This document shows, in pieces, positions 36,958 to 46,096 of a stretch of 64,000 bases of DNA. Source of the stretch: Microgenomates group bacterium GW2011_GWF2_46_18 (GTDB lineage: Bacteria; Patescibacteriota; Microgenomatia; UBA1400; UBA12108); contig LCMB01000003.1 in NCBI GenBank assembly GCA_001002415.1, forward strand, positions 12,489-76,488, given 5' to 3'. Each line of letters begins with the position of its first letter. Positions within the stretch are counted from its first letter, which is position 1. The position numbers and the translations under genes are program-made. The notes under the pieces are model-generated. The model made no database searches. It was given only the letters and a program-made list of their open reading frames with translations, and had not been told where the DNA came from.

Positions 36958-37923
36958 GTGGACAACTTATATACCGTTAGCGAGGTCGCTGACAAACTAA
37001 AAATCTCCGATAAAACTCTTAGGCGCTGGGAAGACGCTGGACGTTTTCATCCCAGCCGCACTTTGGGGAACCAAAGGCGTTATAGTCTTAGCGATATTCA
37101 AATCCTCGATGCTATCAAACACAACGTCATTTCCGATCAAGCTAGTCTTTTATCCCTAGATCAAGCCGCTAGTTTGATGGGAGTATCTCCCGCTACCATT
37201 GAACGTTGGGAACGGGAAGGCAAAATTCACCCCTTTGTCACCATGGGTGCCACCTACTATCCCAAACACCGTCTTGTCGACAAAATGACCGAACTCAAAG
37301 CAGATCCCGAAATTCTCAATCCTCCCCCTACCTTTTTTCCTTCTCCTCCACCTGTTATAGAACGTCCCGTTACTCCCATGAAGACCTCCCCCACCCCTCT
37401 TACTCACCCCCACCCATCCTTCACTCTACCTTCCTCGCTCCTCACCCAAGCTTTACTTACCTTGATCCTTCTCTTGCTTTATCATCTCTTTTTTAACCAA
37501 CCGCCCTCTCTCCCAGATAGTCCCGCTGTTCCCGGAGAGATCCAGGGTACCTCAACTCTTGCCCCTGACCCAAGGATCGATGATTTAATCACCAAATTCT
37601 CGGACCACTTGTCCGCCGAAATGCTCAAAGACGCCAAAACTGTCCCCACCACTACCATCAATCTCGCCCAAACCGCGCTGATTACTGGTCAAACCACCCT
37701 TCCTCAAGGCAAAGCTCAAATCTCGGTCTCACATCCTAGTCTAACCTCGACTACCCCTGTGACCGCGACTTTTACTTCCGACTATGCTCCTGCCAAAAAA
37801 TTTTGGATTACTGTAACCCAAGGATCCTTTACTCTCCACACCGACTTCCCGGTCACTGCCGATTCTGACTTTAACTACTCTTTCCTGAGTAAGGAATCAA
37901 CTCCCAGTGCTTCTACCCTTTAA
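36958..37923 (+). CDS. Tandem MerR-type HTH protein with TM helix and extracytoplasmic domain
   Basis: YTVSEVA..TLRRWE...QRRY; second HTH TIERWE; Pro-rich linker; TM. Confidence 0.8.
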   Translation: MDNLYTVSEVADKLKISDKTLRRWEDAGRFHPSRTLGNQRRYSLSDIQILDAIKHNVISDQASLLSLDQAASLMGVSPATIERWEREGKIHPFVTMGATYYPKHRLVDKMTELKADPEILNPPPTFFPSPPPVIERPVTPMKTSPTPLTHPHPSFTLPSSLLTQALLTLILLLLYHLFFNQPPSLPDSPAVPGEIQGTSTLAPDPRIDDLITKFSDHLSAEMLKDAKTVPTTTINLAQTALITGQTTLPQGKAQISVSHPSLTSTTPVTATFTSDYAPAKKFWITVTQGSFTLHTDFPVTADSDFNYSFLSKESTPSASTL

Positions 37924-38135
37924 AACCCAGCCGCACTCAAGACTTCATTTAATTTGCGTGCATTCTTTGCCACAATTTCCACTGTACCAGGCTCCTGTCC
38001 CGGAGAACTCTCACAGCACAATAGAGTATTAACGACGGGGACCGCGTTTCTAATTGCCATCAGTTCCTCGTAACTGAAACTGAATACTGATCCAGCCTGC
38101 CTATAAGATTCAACGTTTCCTACTGTTATTGGCAT
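37920..38135 (-). CDS. Hypothetical protein
   Basis: Short ORF convergent with the previous gene. Confidence 0.45.
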   Translation of the reverse strand: MPITVGNVESYRQAGSVFSFSYEELMAIRNAVPVVNTLLCCESSPGQEPGTVEIVAKNARKLNEVLSAAGF

Positions 38136-38243
38136 ATTTTTTCCTGTTTGTTCTTGTAACCTATAATCAGTACGCATTATTTACGCACAAACAGCGAGTC
38201 TACTCTTACTCAACTTTGTTGTCAACCATGTATAATAGGTGCC

Positions 38244-39647
38244 ATGCGTCCCGCTCAAACCCGTTTCCGTCTTCTCATCTTCCTCTCTACCCTTCTCTTT
38301 ATCGGTCTTGGCACCTATCTGGTCATTCGCTATGCCAAAGGCGACCGCCTGGGCCAATCTGGCATTGTCAAAGGGACTGGCCTCCTTTCTGCCAATAGTT
38401 TCCCGACCGGCGCCGAAGTCTATATCAACGGTAAATTGACGACAGCCACCGACAACACCCTCAACCTTGACCCTGGCGAATATCAACTCGAAATCAAAAA
38501 AGACGGTTATCACACCTGGAACAAACGACTTACCATCACCAAAGAGCTCGTGACCCAAACCAACGCCCGCCTTTTCCCGGTCAGCCCCACCCTTGAACCC
38601 TTGACCTATACTGGTGCCATCAATGCCATTCCCTCTCCTGACGGAACCAGCTTGGCTTATGTGGTCGCTTCCGCCTCTGCTGCCACCAAAAATGGTCTCT
38701 ACATTCAAGATCTGGATTCCTCTCCCATCTCTCTCAACAAAAGTGCGCGCCAGATCAGCCGCGAAGGCGGTGGCTACTCCTACGCCAATTCTCATTACAC
38801 CTGGAGTCCCAATGGCTCCGAAATTCTAGTTGCTTTCGAAAATGGAGATCACCTCCTCCTGGATTCAACTCGTTTCAACGATCCAACCGAGCTCAAAGAT
38901 GTGACCGTTCGACTCCCTCAAATCCTCTCCGAATGGGAACTCGAATTGGCTCGCACTGATCTGACTCGTCTTACCAAACTCCCCGATTTTTTCCAGGGCT
39001 TGGCTACTGAATCCAGTATCCTCACCAACCTCTATTTCTCTCCAGACGGAGAAAAACTTTTATACCAAGCTTTGAGTAATCTGGAAATCCCCGTCGGCTT
39101 AATCCCCTCTCTTCCCTCCTCTTCTAGCCAGCCAGAAACCCGTCAATTGTCGCCCGGCAACTGGTATGTCTATGATCTCAAAGAAGACAAAAATTTCCTT
39201 ATCGCCGAAGGTTCAGCTCCTTCCCCCTCTCCCTCCCAAACCCCCAAAACCAAATCCAATCTGGTTCAACTCTCACCTGTCCTTCAAAAAACCACTCTTC
39301 TTTCCAACCTCGAACCTCTTCCTGCCGAACTAATCTCCTCTCCCTCCGCCTTCCATACCCTTCAACAAGACGGGAACCTCACTAATACCCTCGCTCGCTT
39401 TAATGCCCAATACTCCTCTATGACAGTCGGTAGCCTCCAGTGGTATCCCGACTCCATCCACTTAATCATTACCACCGAACAAAATATTGTTCTCATCGAA
39501 TATGACAACACCAACACAACCACTGTCTATGCCGGACCTTTTGACCACACTTTTGTCACTCCTTGGCCAGATTACTCAAAGATAGTTACCCGCATTCAAT
39601 TTTCTCCCGACACCCCTCCCAACCTCTATACAATCAAGCTTAGATAA
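38244..39647 (+). CDS. PEGA-domain membrane-anchored protein with TolB-like propeller repeats
   Basis: SFPTGAEVYING..LDPGEYQLEIKKDGYHTW; SPDG/SPNG repeats. Confidence 0.85.
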   Translation: MRPAQTRFRLLIFLSTLLFIGLGTYLVIRYAKGDRLGQSGIVKGTGLLSANSFPTGAEVYINGKLTTATDNTLNLDPGEYQLEIKKDGYHTWNKRLTITKELVTQTNARLFPVSPTLEPLTYTGAINAIPSPDGTSLAYVVASASAATKNGLYIQDLDSSPISLNKSARQISREGGGYSYANSHYTWSPNGSEILVAFENGDHLLLDSTRFNDPTELKDVTVRLPQILSEWELELARTDLTRLTKLPDFFQGLATESSILTNLYFSPDGEKLLYQALSNLEIPVGLIPSLPSSSSQPETRQLSPGNWYVYDLKEDKNFLIAEGSAPSPSPSQTPKTKSNLVQLSPVLQKTTLLSNLEPLPAELISSPSAFHTLQQDGNLTNTLARFNAQYSSMTVGSLQWYPDSIHLIITTEQNIVLIEYDNTNTTTVYAGPFDHTFVTPWPDYSKIVTRIQFSPDTPPNLYTIKLR

Positions 39648-39662
39648 TTGTATAGTTATATC

Positions 39663-40954
39663 ATGTTCAATCTGCTCACTCACAACTACTTAACTCGTGG
39701 CTTCTGGGGAGACGAAGCCTGGACCATTGGTATTTCCCGCCTCCCCATCACAGAAATCATTACCATTACCGGCCAAGATTTCCATCCCCCCTTCTATTAT
39801 TTTCTCGTTCATGCGTTGGGCTCGCTTACCGGCTTTTCCGAAATCCCCATTCGTCTCCTTTCCACCCTCTTTTTCCTCCTAATTCCCTTTCTCGTATACA
39901 AACTAACTGGATTATTTTGGACCACTAAAAATACTCTCACTAAAATCTATCGTCTATCATCTAGTATCTTGATCCTTTTCTCCCCTATTCTCTTTACCTA
40001 TGCTTTCGAAGCTCGCTCCTACGGTCTGTTGGCTTGCGAAACCATCCTCTCTGCCTACATTTTTTGGCGAGCGCTCAATGAAAACAAAGGACATTACCTC
40101 TGGAGAATCCTCTATACCATTATTGGCGGATTATTCTCGCCTCACATGGCTTTTATCTGCTCCTTTTTGAACGTAACAAAATCCTCGCTCTCCTCCCTAG
40201 TGCTCTCGGAGTCCTCCTCATTCAGCTCCCCTGGCTACCTACCCTTCTCGGGCAAACCAGCTCGGTCCAGTCCAGCTACTGGATCGGCCCCATGAACAAT
40301 CGTACCCACGCCGAATTTTTTCTCCGCGTTGTCGGGGGAGATCGAGTAACCATCATGCAATCACCTCTCGCTTACTCTGTTGGCGCCATACTCCTGCTAG
40401 ATTTCCTCTACCGGCTTTATCAACGCGACTTCCCTCGCCATTACCGATTCCTTCTTACTTGGCTTCTGATCCCTACCCTCCTTTCCACTATCATCTCCCT
40501 CCTCTTTACTCCCGTCTTCTATTATCGCTACCTCATTTTTTCCGCCATCCCCATTCTGATTCTGACTGTTCAGGCTCTCAAGCGTCTGCCTCAAATCATC
40601 TTTCTCTTGATCGTCATTGTTCTCCTTGGTGCTCAAGTCTACGTTGATTATCGAATTTTCTCTCAATACCCTCGTTCTATGCGTGAAGAAGTTGCCGAAC
40701 TCTACCAAACCAAGGTAAAAAATGATCAGAACGTCTATACCGTCCTACCTTCCTTTGCCGAAGTAGCCTACTACCTCCCCCACACATCTCCCATCAAAGT
40801 CCTGCCGCTCGGTCTCATTCAATTCTCCGGCAAATCACTCCTCGATGCCTACGTCCGCCTCGGTAAAGCCGAGATTGTCGATGGGGTTACTCCTTACTAT
40901 CTCCTCGAACCAGGCCCCAAAACAAGCCTTATCGACACAACTAAGGTAAAATAA
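39663..40954 (+). pseudogene. GT-C (PMT/ArnT-like) glycosyltransferase, frameshifted near 40130
   Basis: FWGDE, DFHPPFYY, EARSY; continues in another frame as ILASHG...LPWLP...YWIGPMNN. Confidence 0.75.
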
Positions 40955-40961
40955 TCTCAAC

Positions 40962-41033
40962 GTCCCTGTAGTTCAACGGATAGAACTGCGGTTTCCTAAA
41001 CCGCCAATCCAGGTCCAATTCCCGGCAGGGACA
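40962..41033 (+). tRNA. tRNA-Arg(CCT), atypical T arm
   Basis: GTCCCTG/CAGGGAC, GCGGT-ttCCTaa-ACCGC; T loop TCCAATT. Confidence 0.85.
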
Positions 41034-41043
41034 CATACACCCC

Positions 41044-41483
41044 TTACTTCCCCCGCTCAAACTCCGAATAAATCAGACACGCCTCGGCCGTATCATACTC
41101 AAACAATTCTTCTGATTTAAAGATTAGTCTAATCTCTTTCCCGGCATTCTCAGTACTATCCGAGGCATGAATCAAATTTTGGCTCCCGCTCAAAGCGTAA
41201 TCACCGCGGATACTCCCGGCTTCCGCTTCGTACCCTTTAGTCACTCCGACAATTTTTCGGACTACGCTGACTGCTTCTTGTCCTTCCCACACCATCGCCA
41301 CGATCGGTGTCCAGGTCATAAATCCTTTTAGGTCTTTGAAAAAAGGTTTGTCTTTGTGGGTCTCATCATCTTCAGTCCCACCAACTTGAGTCCTTTACGC
41401 TCGAACCGGCGCATGATTTCTCCAATTAGTCCTCGCTGTAATCCATCTGGTTTAATCAAAATTACTGTGCGTTGCATAGACAT
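41044..41483 (-). pseudogene. ndk: Nucleoside diphosphate kinase, frameshifted by a short deletion near 41360
   Basis: [27 protein letters not shown] | HKDKPFF..GSIRGDY..NLIHASDS in two frames. Confidence 0.88.
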
Positions 41484-41531
41484 ATTTTTCTCCTTTCCCC
41501 CATTCTATCACATAGGATATAATCCCCTTGT

Positions 41532-41602
41532 CGGGGTGTGGTCCAGCGGTAGGATGCGCGCTTCGGGTGCGTGCGGCCTCGGTTCGATTCCGAGCACCCC
41601 GA
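41532..41602 (+). tRNA. tRNA-Pro(CGG)
   Basis: CGGGGTG/CACCCCG, CGCGC-ttCGGgt-GCGTG, GGTTCGATTCC. Confidence 0.93.
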
Positions 41603-41603
41603 C

Positions 41604-42848
41604 TTACTTAGCTCTTGGTCCCACAATTACTGTCCTAATCTCCTCTTCTTTTACTAGCTCCGTCAATACCTGTTTAACCTCATCTAGCGTCACTCCTCTA
41701 ACAATCCGTTCCACCTCTTCTGGTTGCCTAATCTCATCAGTTATCAAAGCTCGCATCCCAAAGAATTGGGCCACCCCCATCGAATCCTCCAAAGTCAGGG
41801 GCAAATGACCCAGCACGTATTCTTTGGCTTTCCTTAGTTCTGTTTGGGTAATTGTCGACCCCAGCTTGAGCAATTCCTCCTTAGATACTCTTAAAGCCTC
41901 TTCAAGCTTCCCGAGTGCCACTCCCGCCCGAACCGCCAAATACCCCACATCATAGGCCGTATCCATCTCAGCTCGTACGTAATAAGCCAGTCCCCGCTTC
42001 TCTCTAATCTCGTTAAATAATCGGCTGCTCATCCCTCCCCCCAAAACAATTTGCCCTAACTGGAGTGCATATCGCCTAGGATCAATCAATGAGACTCCTG
42101 GTACCCCCATCAAAAAATGGGCTTGTTCAGTTTTTCTTCGCACATGCTTTGTCTGAGGTTTCCCATACTTCCCTGATTGGTTATATGTCAACATCCCTCC
42201 CTTCCCCATTCCCGACAATTTATTTTCCAACTCAACTAACATCTCTCGTCTATCACTTGGGATCTTCCCGGCTATAACTACCAACACATTCCCTCCCCGA
42301 TACCACTCGTGCATGTAAGTTCTCAAAGCTTGGCTCGTGGTCGCTCTAACCGTCTCTTTGTCTCCAATAATTAGTCTCCCCATACTGCTTCCGTCATAGA
42401 TCAGGTTTTCAAACTCCTCAACAGCCCGCTCTCTGGGCTCATCCTCATACATGGCAATTTCCTGCACAATCACTTCTCGTTCCCGGGTCAAATCTTCTTG
42501 AGGGAGGCTCGGCACCGTCACCATTTCCGCCAAAATCTTCGTGGTCAAAGGCAAGTGTTTGGCTGCACTGGTAATGTAGTAACCCGTATATTCCTTGCCA
42601 GTAAAGGCATTATTCTCGGCTCCAATCGAATCAATCGCGGTCGAAATCGCCATGGGCGTTGGGAAACTCTTGGTTCCCTTAAATAGCATGTGTTCCAACA
42701 CATGGGAGATCCCCGCCTGCTTTCCGGTCTCATTCCTAGAGCCGGTTTTAACCAAAATCATCATTGTCACCGACTCAACTCCCGCCATTGGGATCGCCAA
42801 CACCCTCACTCCATTTGTCAACTTGGTGTAGTTAACGTCAAACTTCAT
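41604..42848 (-). CDS. M16 family zinc peptidase
   Basis: SHVLEHMLFKGT, NAFT, GGGMSSRLFNEIREKRGLAY. Confidence 0.93.
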   Translation of the reverse strand: MKFDVNYTKLTNGVRVLAIPMAGVESVTMMILVKTGSRNETGKQAGISHVLEHMLFKGTKSFPTPMAISTAIDSIGAENNAFTGKEYTGYYITSAAKHLPLTTKILAEMVTVPSLPQEDLTREREVIVQEIAMYEDEPRERAVEEFENLIYDGSSMGRLIIGDKETVRATTSQALRTYMHEWYRGGNVLVVIAGKIPSDRREMLVELENKLSGMGKGGMLTYNQSGKYGKPQTKHVRRKTEQAHFLMGVPGVSLIDPRRYALQLGQIVLGGGMSSRLFNEIREKRGLAYYVRAEMDTAYDVGYLAVRAGVALGKLEEALRVSKEELLKLGSTITQTELRKAKEYVLGHLPLTLEDSMGVAQFFGMRALITDEIRQPEEVERIVRGVTLDEVKQVLTELVKEEEIRTVIVGPRAK

Positions 42849-42866
42849 GATTATTTCCTTTCTTAG

Positions 42867-42938
42867 TGGACCGTGGCGGACTCGAACCGCCCTTTCCGCA
42901 ATGCGAATGCGGTGCTCTACCAGATAAGCTAACGGCCC
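42867..42938 (-). tRNA. tRNA-Ala(CGC)
   Basis: GGGCCGT/ACGGTCC with G3.U70, CCGCA-ttCGCat-TGCGG. Confidence 0.93.
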
Positions 42939-42945
42939 AACTTTT

Positions 42946-43524
42946 CTATTTTACTACAACCCAGGCTAAACCGATCGCTACCATCCCTCCACCAACTATC
43001 GCTCCCATCATTGCCTGTGCCCACGTATGATGTTTTTGCTCTACTCGTGCCCAAGCTACCAGACATAATATCGCGTATAACCAAATATATTTCCACTCGA
43101 AAAACATATTAATCGCCGTGATTAAAACCGCATTAACCCCCGTATGTAAACTAATCTTCCACTTGAGTGTAATCAGGAAAAAGACGATTGCCACTCCATA
43201 AAATACCGCTAATACCTGAACCAACTCGTTTTTGCCTAGTTCATGGGCCATCCATATTCCCCCCAAATGACAAATCAAAGTAAACAAATATAGGGGAATT
43301 CGTTGTTTCCGATTTCGAATATCCCAGTTTGAAATCTGCCGATTATAGAGCATGATTAAGAAAAAGATTAAAGGCACGATCGCATCAACAAACAATAGTA
43401 ACCCTACGAATCGCCAGCGTAATCCCTCTTGGATTGCTACCGCCACCGCCAGCAGGATCGCCAATGGGATCTCCCACACCGGATCAAACACTCTCGACAC
43501 CACTTGCGCCAAAATCTTCCTCAC
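42946..43524 (-). CDS. PAP2-like membrane protein
   Basis: WKISLH, WARV...HHT..Q...G. Confidence 0.7.
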   Translation of the reverse strand: MRKILAQVVSRVFDPVWEIPLAILLAVAVAIQEGLRWRFVGLLLFVDAIVPLIFFLIMLYNRQISNWDIRNRKQRIPLYLFTLICHLGGIWMAHELGKNELVQVLAVFYGVAIVFFLITLKWKISLHTGVNAVLITAINMFFEWKYIWLYAILCLVAWARVEQKHHTWAQAMMGAIVGGGMVAIGLAWVVVK

Positions 43525-43538
43525 TCTTTAAATATACA

Positions 43539-43997
43539 CTACTCCCGCAGCTTTCCCCTCTTATCTCTTTCTCCAGTCATAGCACCTCTTACTGTACCCA
43601 TACCTGCTGTAGTATCATACATTACATAATCTCCCATATCCATATGTTCATTTGCCAATAATTTGTCATATTCATCTATGATCGCATGAGCCTGATGCGC
43701 CCAATCCTCTCTACTCCCGTGGAAAGTTTCAACGTTAAGTTTTCTTCTCGTTAGTTCACTTTCAATCAAAGGATTTATCGGATATCCATTTAACAAATTC
43801 TTGAACGCTGCGACTATCAACGCTTCGATTGGAGCTTCTTCGGATAAAACTATTTCTGGTGGGATTACTTTTCCAAGTTCTCCTGGTTTCAGGGCTTTTG
43901 TAGTATCAGCACTCACTGTCCTAGAACCTTTTGGCCTCCCTCTCTTCCCCCTGCCCTCTACAAATTGTTCTTTTTTAGCATCCCATCGTAATCCCAT
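43539..43997 (-). CDS. Hypothetical protein with AT-hook motif
   Basis: GRGKRGRPKGS. Confidence 0.6.
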   Translation of the reverse strand: MGLRWDAKKEQFVEGRGKRGRPKGSRTVSADTTKALKPGELGKVIPPEIVLSEEAPIEALIVAAFKNLLNGYPINPLIESELTRRKLNVETFHGSREDWAHQAHAIIDEYDKLLANEHMDMGDYVMYDTTAGMGTVRGAMTGERDKRGKLRE

Positions 43998-44022
43998 TCA
44001 CATATGCTACCACAATTTTGCC

Positions 44023-44370
44023 CTATTTATTACTCAAAGTTACCCCGACTGGTATCAACTCCTCACCCCACGGCTGATATACTCTTCCAGATTTAGGATC
44101 AACCATAAACGGGATTGCCTTCCCCGTAAAAGTAAACCATAAATATTTCTTCCCCTCCCAATCCAGTGTTTGATGAGGATGCCGACCGCCTTCCAAGACT
44201 GTCCTAATCGCACCTCTCCCCTGTTCACAAATCGCGTGGGGACAAAATGTCGTCGGTAATACTGTTTCTTCCCACTCCCTTAACACTCTCTCACCCCCAA
44301 TTTCTCTAAATCCACACTCACCACTTCGCCCACCCTGTTGACACCACGCACACTTTTCTTTTAATAACAT
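44023..44370 (-). CDS. Hypothetical Cys-rich protein
   Basis: CAWC...C...CPHAIC. Confidence 0.55.
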   Translation of the reverse strand: MLLKEKCAWCQQGGRSGECGFREIGGERVLREWEETVLPTTFCPHAICEQGRGAIRTVLEGGRHPHQTLDWEGKKYLWFTFTGKAIPFMVDPKSGRVYQPWGEELIPVGVTLSNK

Positions 44371-44388
44371 CGGTCGGATTATACCAAA

Positions 44389-46069
44389 CTACATTTCCGT
44401 TGGGGCCTGGATCCCCAATAACCCCAATCCACTCTCAAGAATATTTGCCACCGCCTCTGTCAAGCGCATTGTAGAAACTATTAAATCTGGTCGCCAATTC
44501 GTAGATATACGTCGCCACTAGTTGCGGTGCAAACTTTTCCCCCGCTTCCACCACCACCTCCGGATACCGGTAAATCCAGCGCAGAATACTCATCTCTTCA
44601 TTACTAGGGTTGATCCCATGCAATTGCGAGGGTTGATCCCTTGTAATCTCACTCTTTGCCAAAACACTTTTTGCCCGAGCAAAGGTATACTGGAGATATG
44701 GCCCGGTATCCCCTTCCAGATTGGTCATCTTCTCTGGTTCATAGACAATATCCCCGCCGATTGCCTGCCTTAGCACCGTATATTTAAGCGCCCCCACCGC
44801 TACCATATCCGCTACCCGCTCTCGCTCCTTGATTTCCCTCTCCCCCATCTTAAGTTGTACCACCGCTTTCAAATCATTGAGTAACCCCTCCCCTGTTATT
44901 ACCTTGCCAGTCCGACTACTCATCTTCCCGCTTACTAGCTTCATCATCCCATGGGGAATATGCGTCGTTTTTGCTGCCAGTTCGGGGTACAACTGTTCCA
45001 TCACCCGCAAAACTACCTTAAAATACTCGGTAATCTCGTTGGCTGTGACAATATACGATCGATCGTAGGAGTATCTCCCATACTTAGTCTTCGCCAGTCC
45101 CAAATCCTTGGCTTCATAAGTCGGTAGCCCCAATTTATTGCGGAATACTCGGGTATGTAAATGATCTTTTTCTCCTTTATATACTACCGCTCCCTCTTCG
45201 CCTACTTCCAAAACACCCTTTGCTAACCCTTCCTTAACAACCTCTAGTCCCACCGGTCCCGCTTCGCTCTCAAAAAAATATTCATCAAACTTGGTTCCCA
45301 GCCGAGCATAAATCGTCTCAAAATATGCCAGTGACCACTCTCTCCCCACATCATACAGTTTGTTAGTCTCTGCATTACTTCTCTGATAAATTTGCAGGTT
45401 CAATTCGTGGATTTCTTTTTTCACTTCTTCATCTTCCTCATATCTTGTCGCCCCCAGTGCATATGCCTGTCCCATCAACTTCTGTCGCTCTTTGAGTTCC
45501 CATTTCTCTAACTCCCCTAGTTCCAACTTCCTCATTCCTAATTCCTGACGTATTCCCCAAATCGCCTTGGCCACATGTAATCCCACATCTCCCTGGTAAT
45601 TGGCTCGTTTCACTTCTGCTCCTTGCGCGATCAATATCCTGGCCAGACTCTCGCCGATCGTGTTACTCATTAGGTGGCCTATGTGCATCTCCTTAAACGG
45701 GTTGGGATCGGTATACTCAACCATGATCCTTTGTCCTGCCAGTTGTTTATTTTTCCCATAACCTTTCTTCCTGGCGGCTCCAGCTTCCTCAATCAGATAC
45801 TCTTTCTTTAGGTAAAAATTGATAAAACCCGCTCCCGCCACTTCTATTTTCTCTATCAATCTATTCATTTCTATATCATTTGCTAACAATTCCCATATCT
45901 TTTCCGCCACTTCCCGCGGCTTAATTCCAACTTCTTTGGCCAAAACTAGCACCACATTGGTGGAATAATCCCCGTGTTGTTCATCTTTTGGATGTTCCAC
46001 CTTAAAGTTAACAACCGGCATTTTCAGTTTCTTTAATTGGGCTTGAATCCCCTCCCTAATCATTTGCAT
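44389..46069 (-). CDS. argS: Arginyl-tRNA synthetase (apparent frameshift near 44465)
   Basis: PNPFKEMHIGH (HIGH), KMSSRTG, GPYLQY; the C-terminus LGLLGIQAPTEM* is in another frame ending at 44389. Confidence 0.93.
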
Positions 46070-46096
46070 GTCTTTATTCTACCCTATTCCCCCATT

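Noticed and set aside
44389-44470. Programmed ribosomal frameshift in argS (and in ndk)
   Set aside because: Conserved residues are missing rather than shifted and there is no slippery site; a deletion or assembly error fits better
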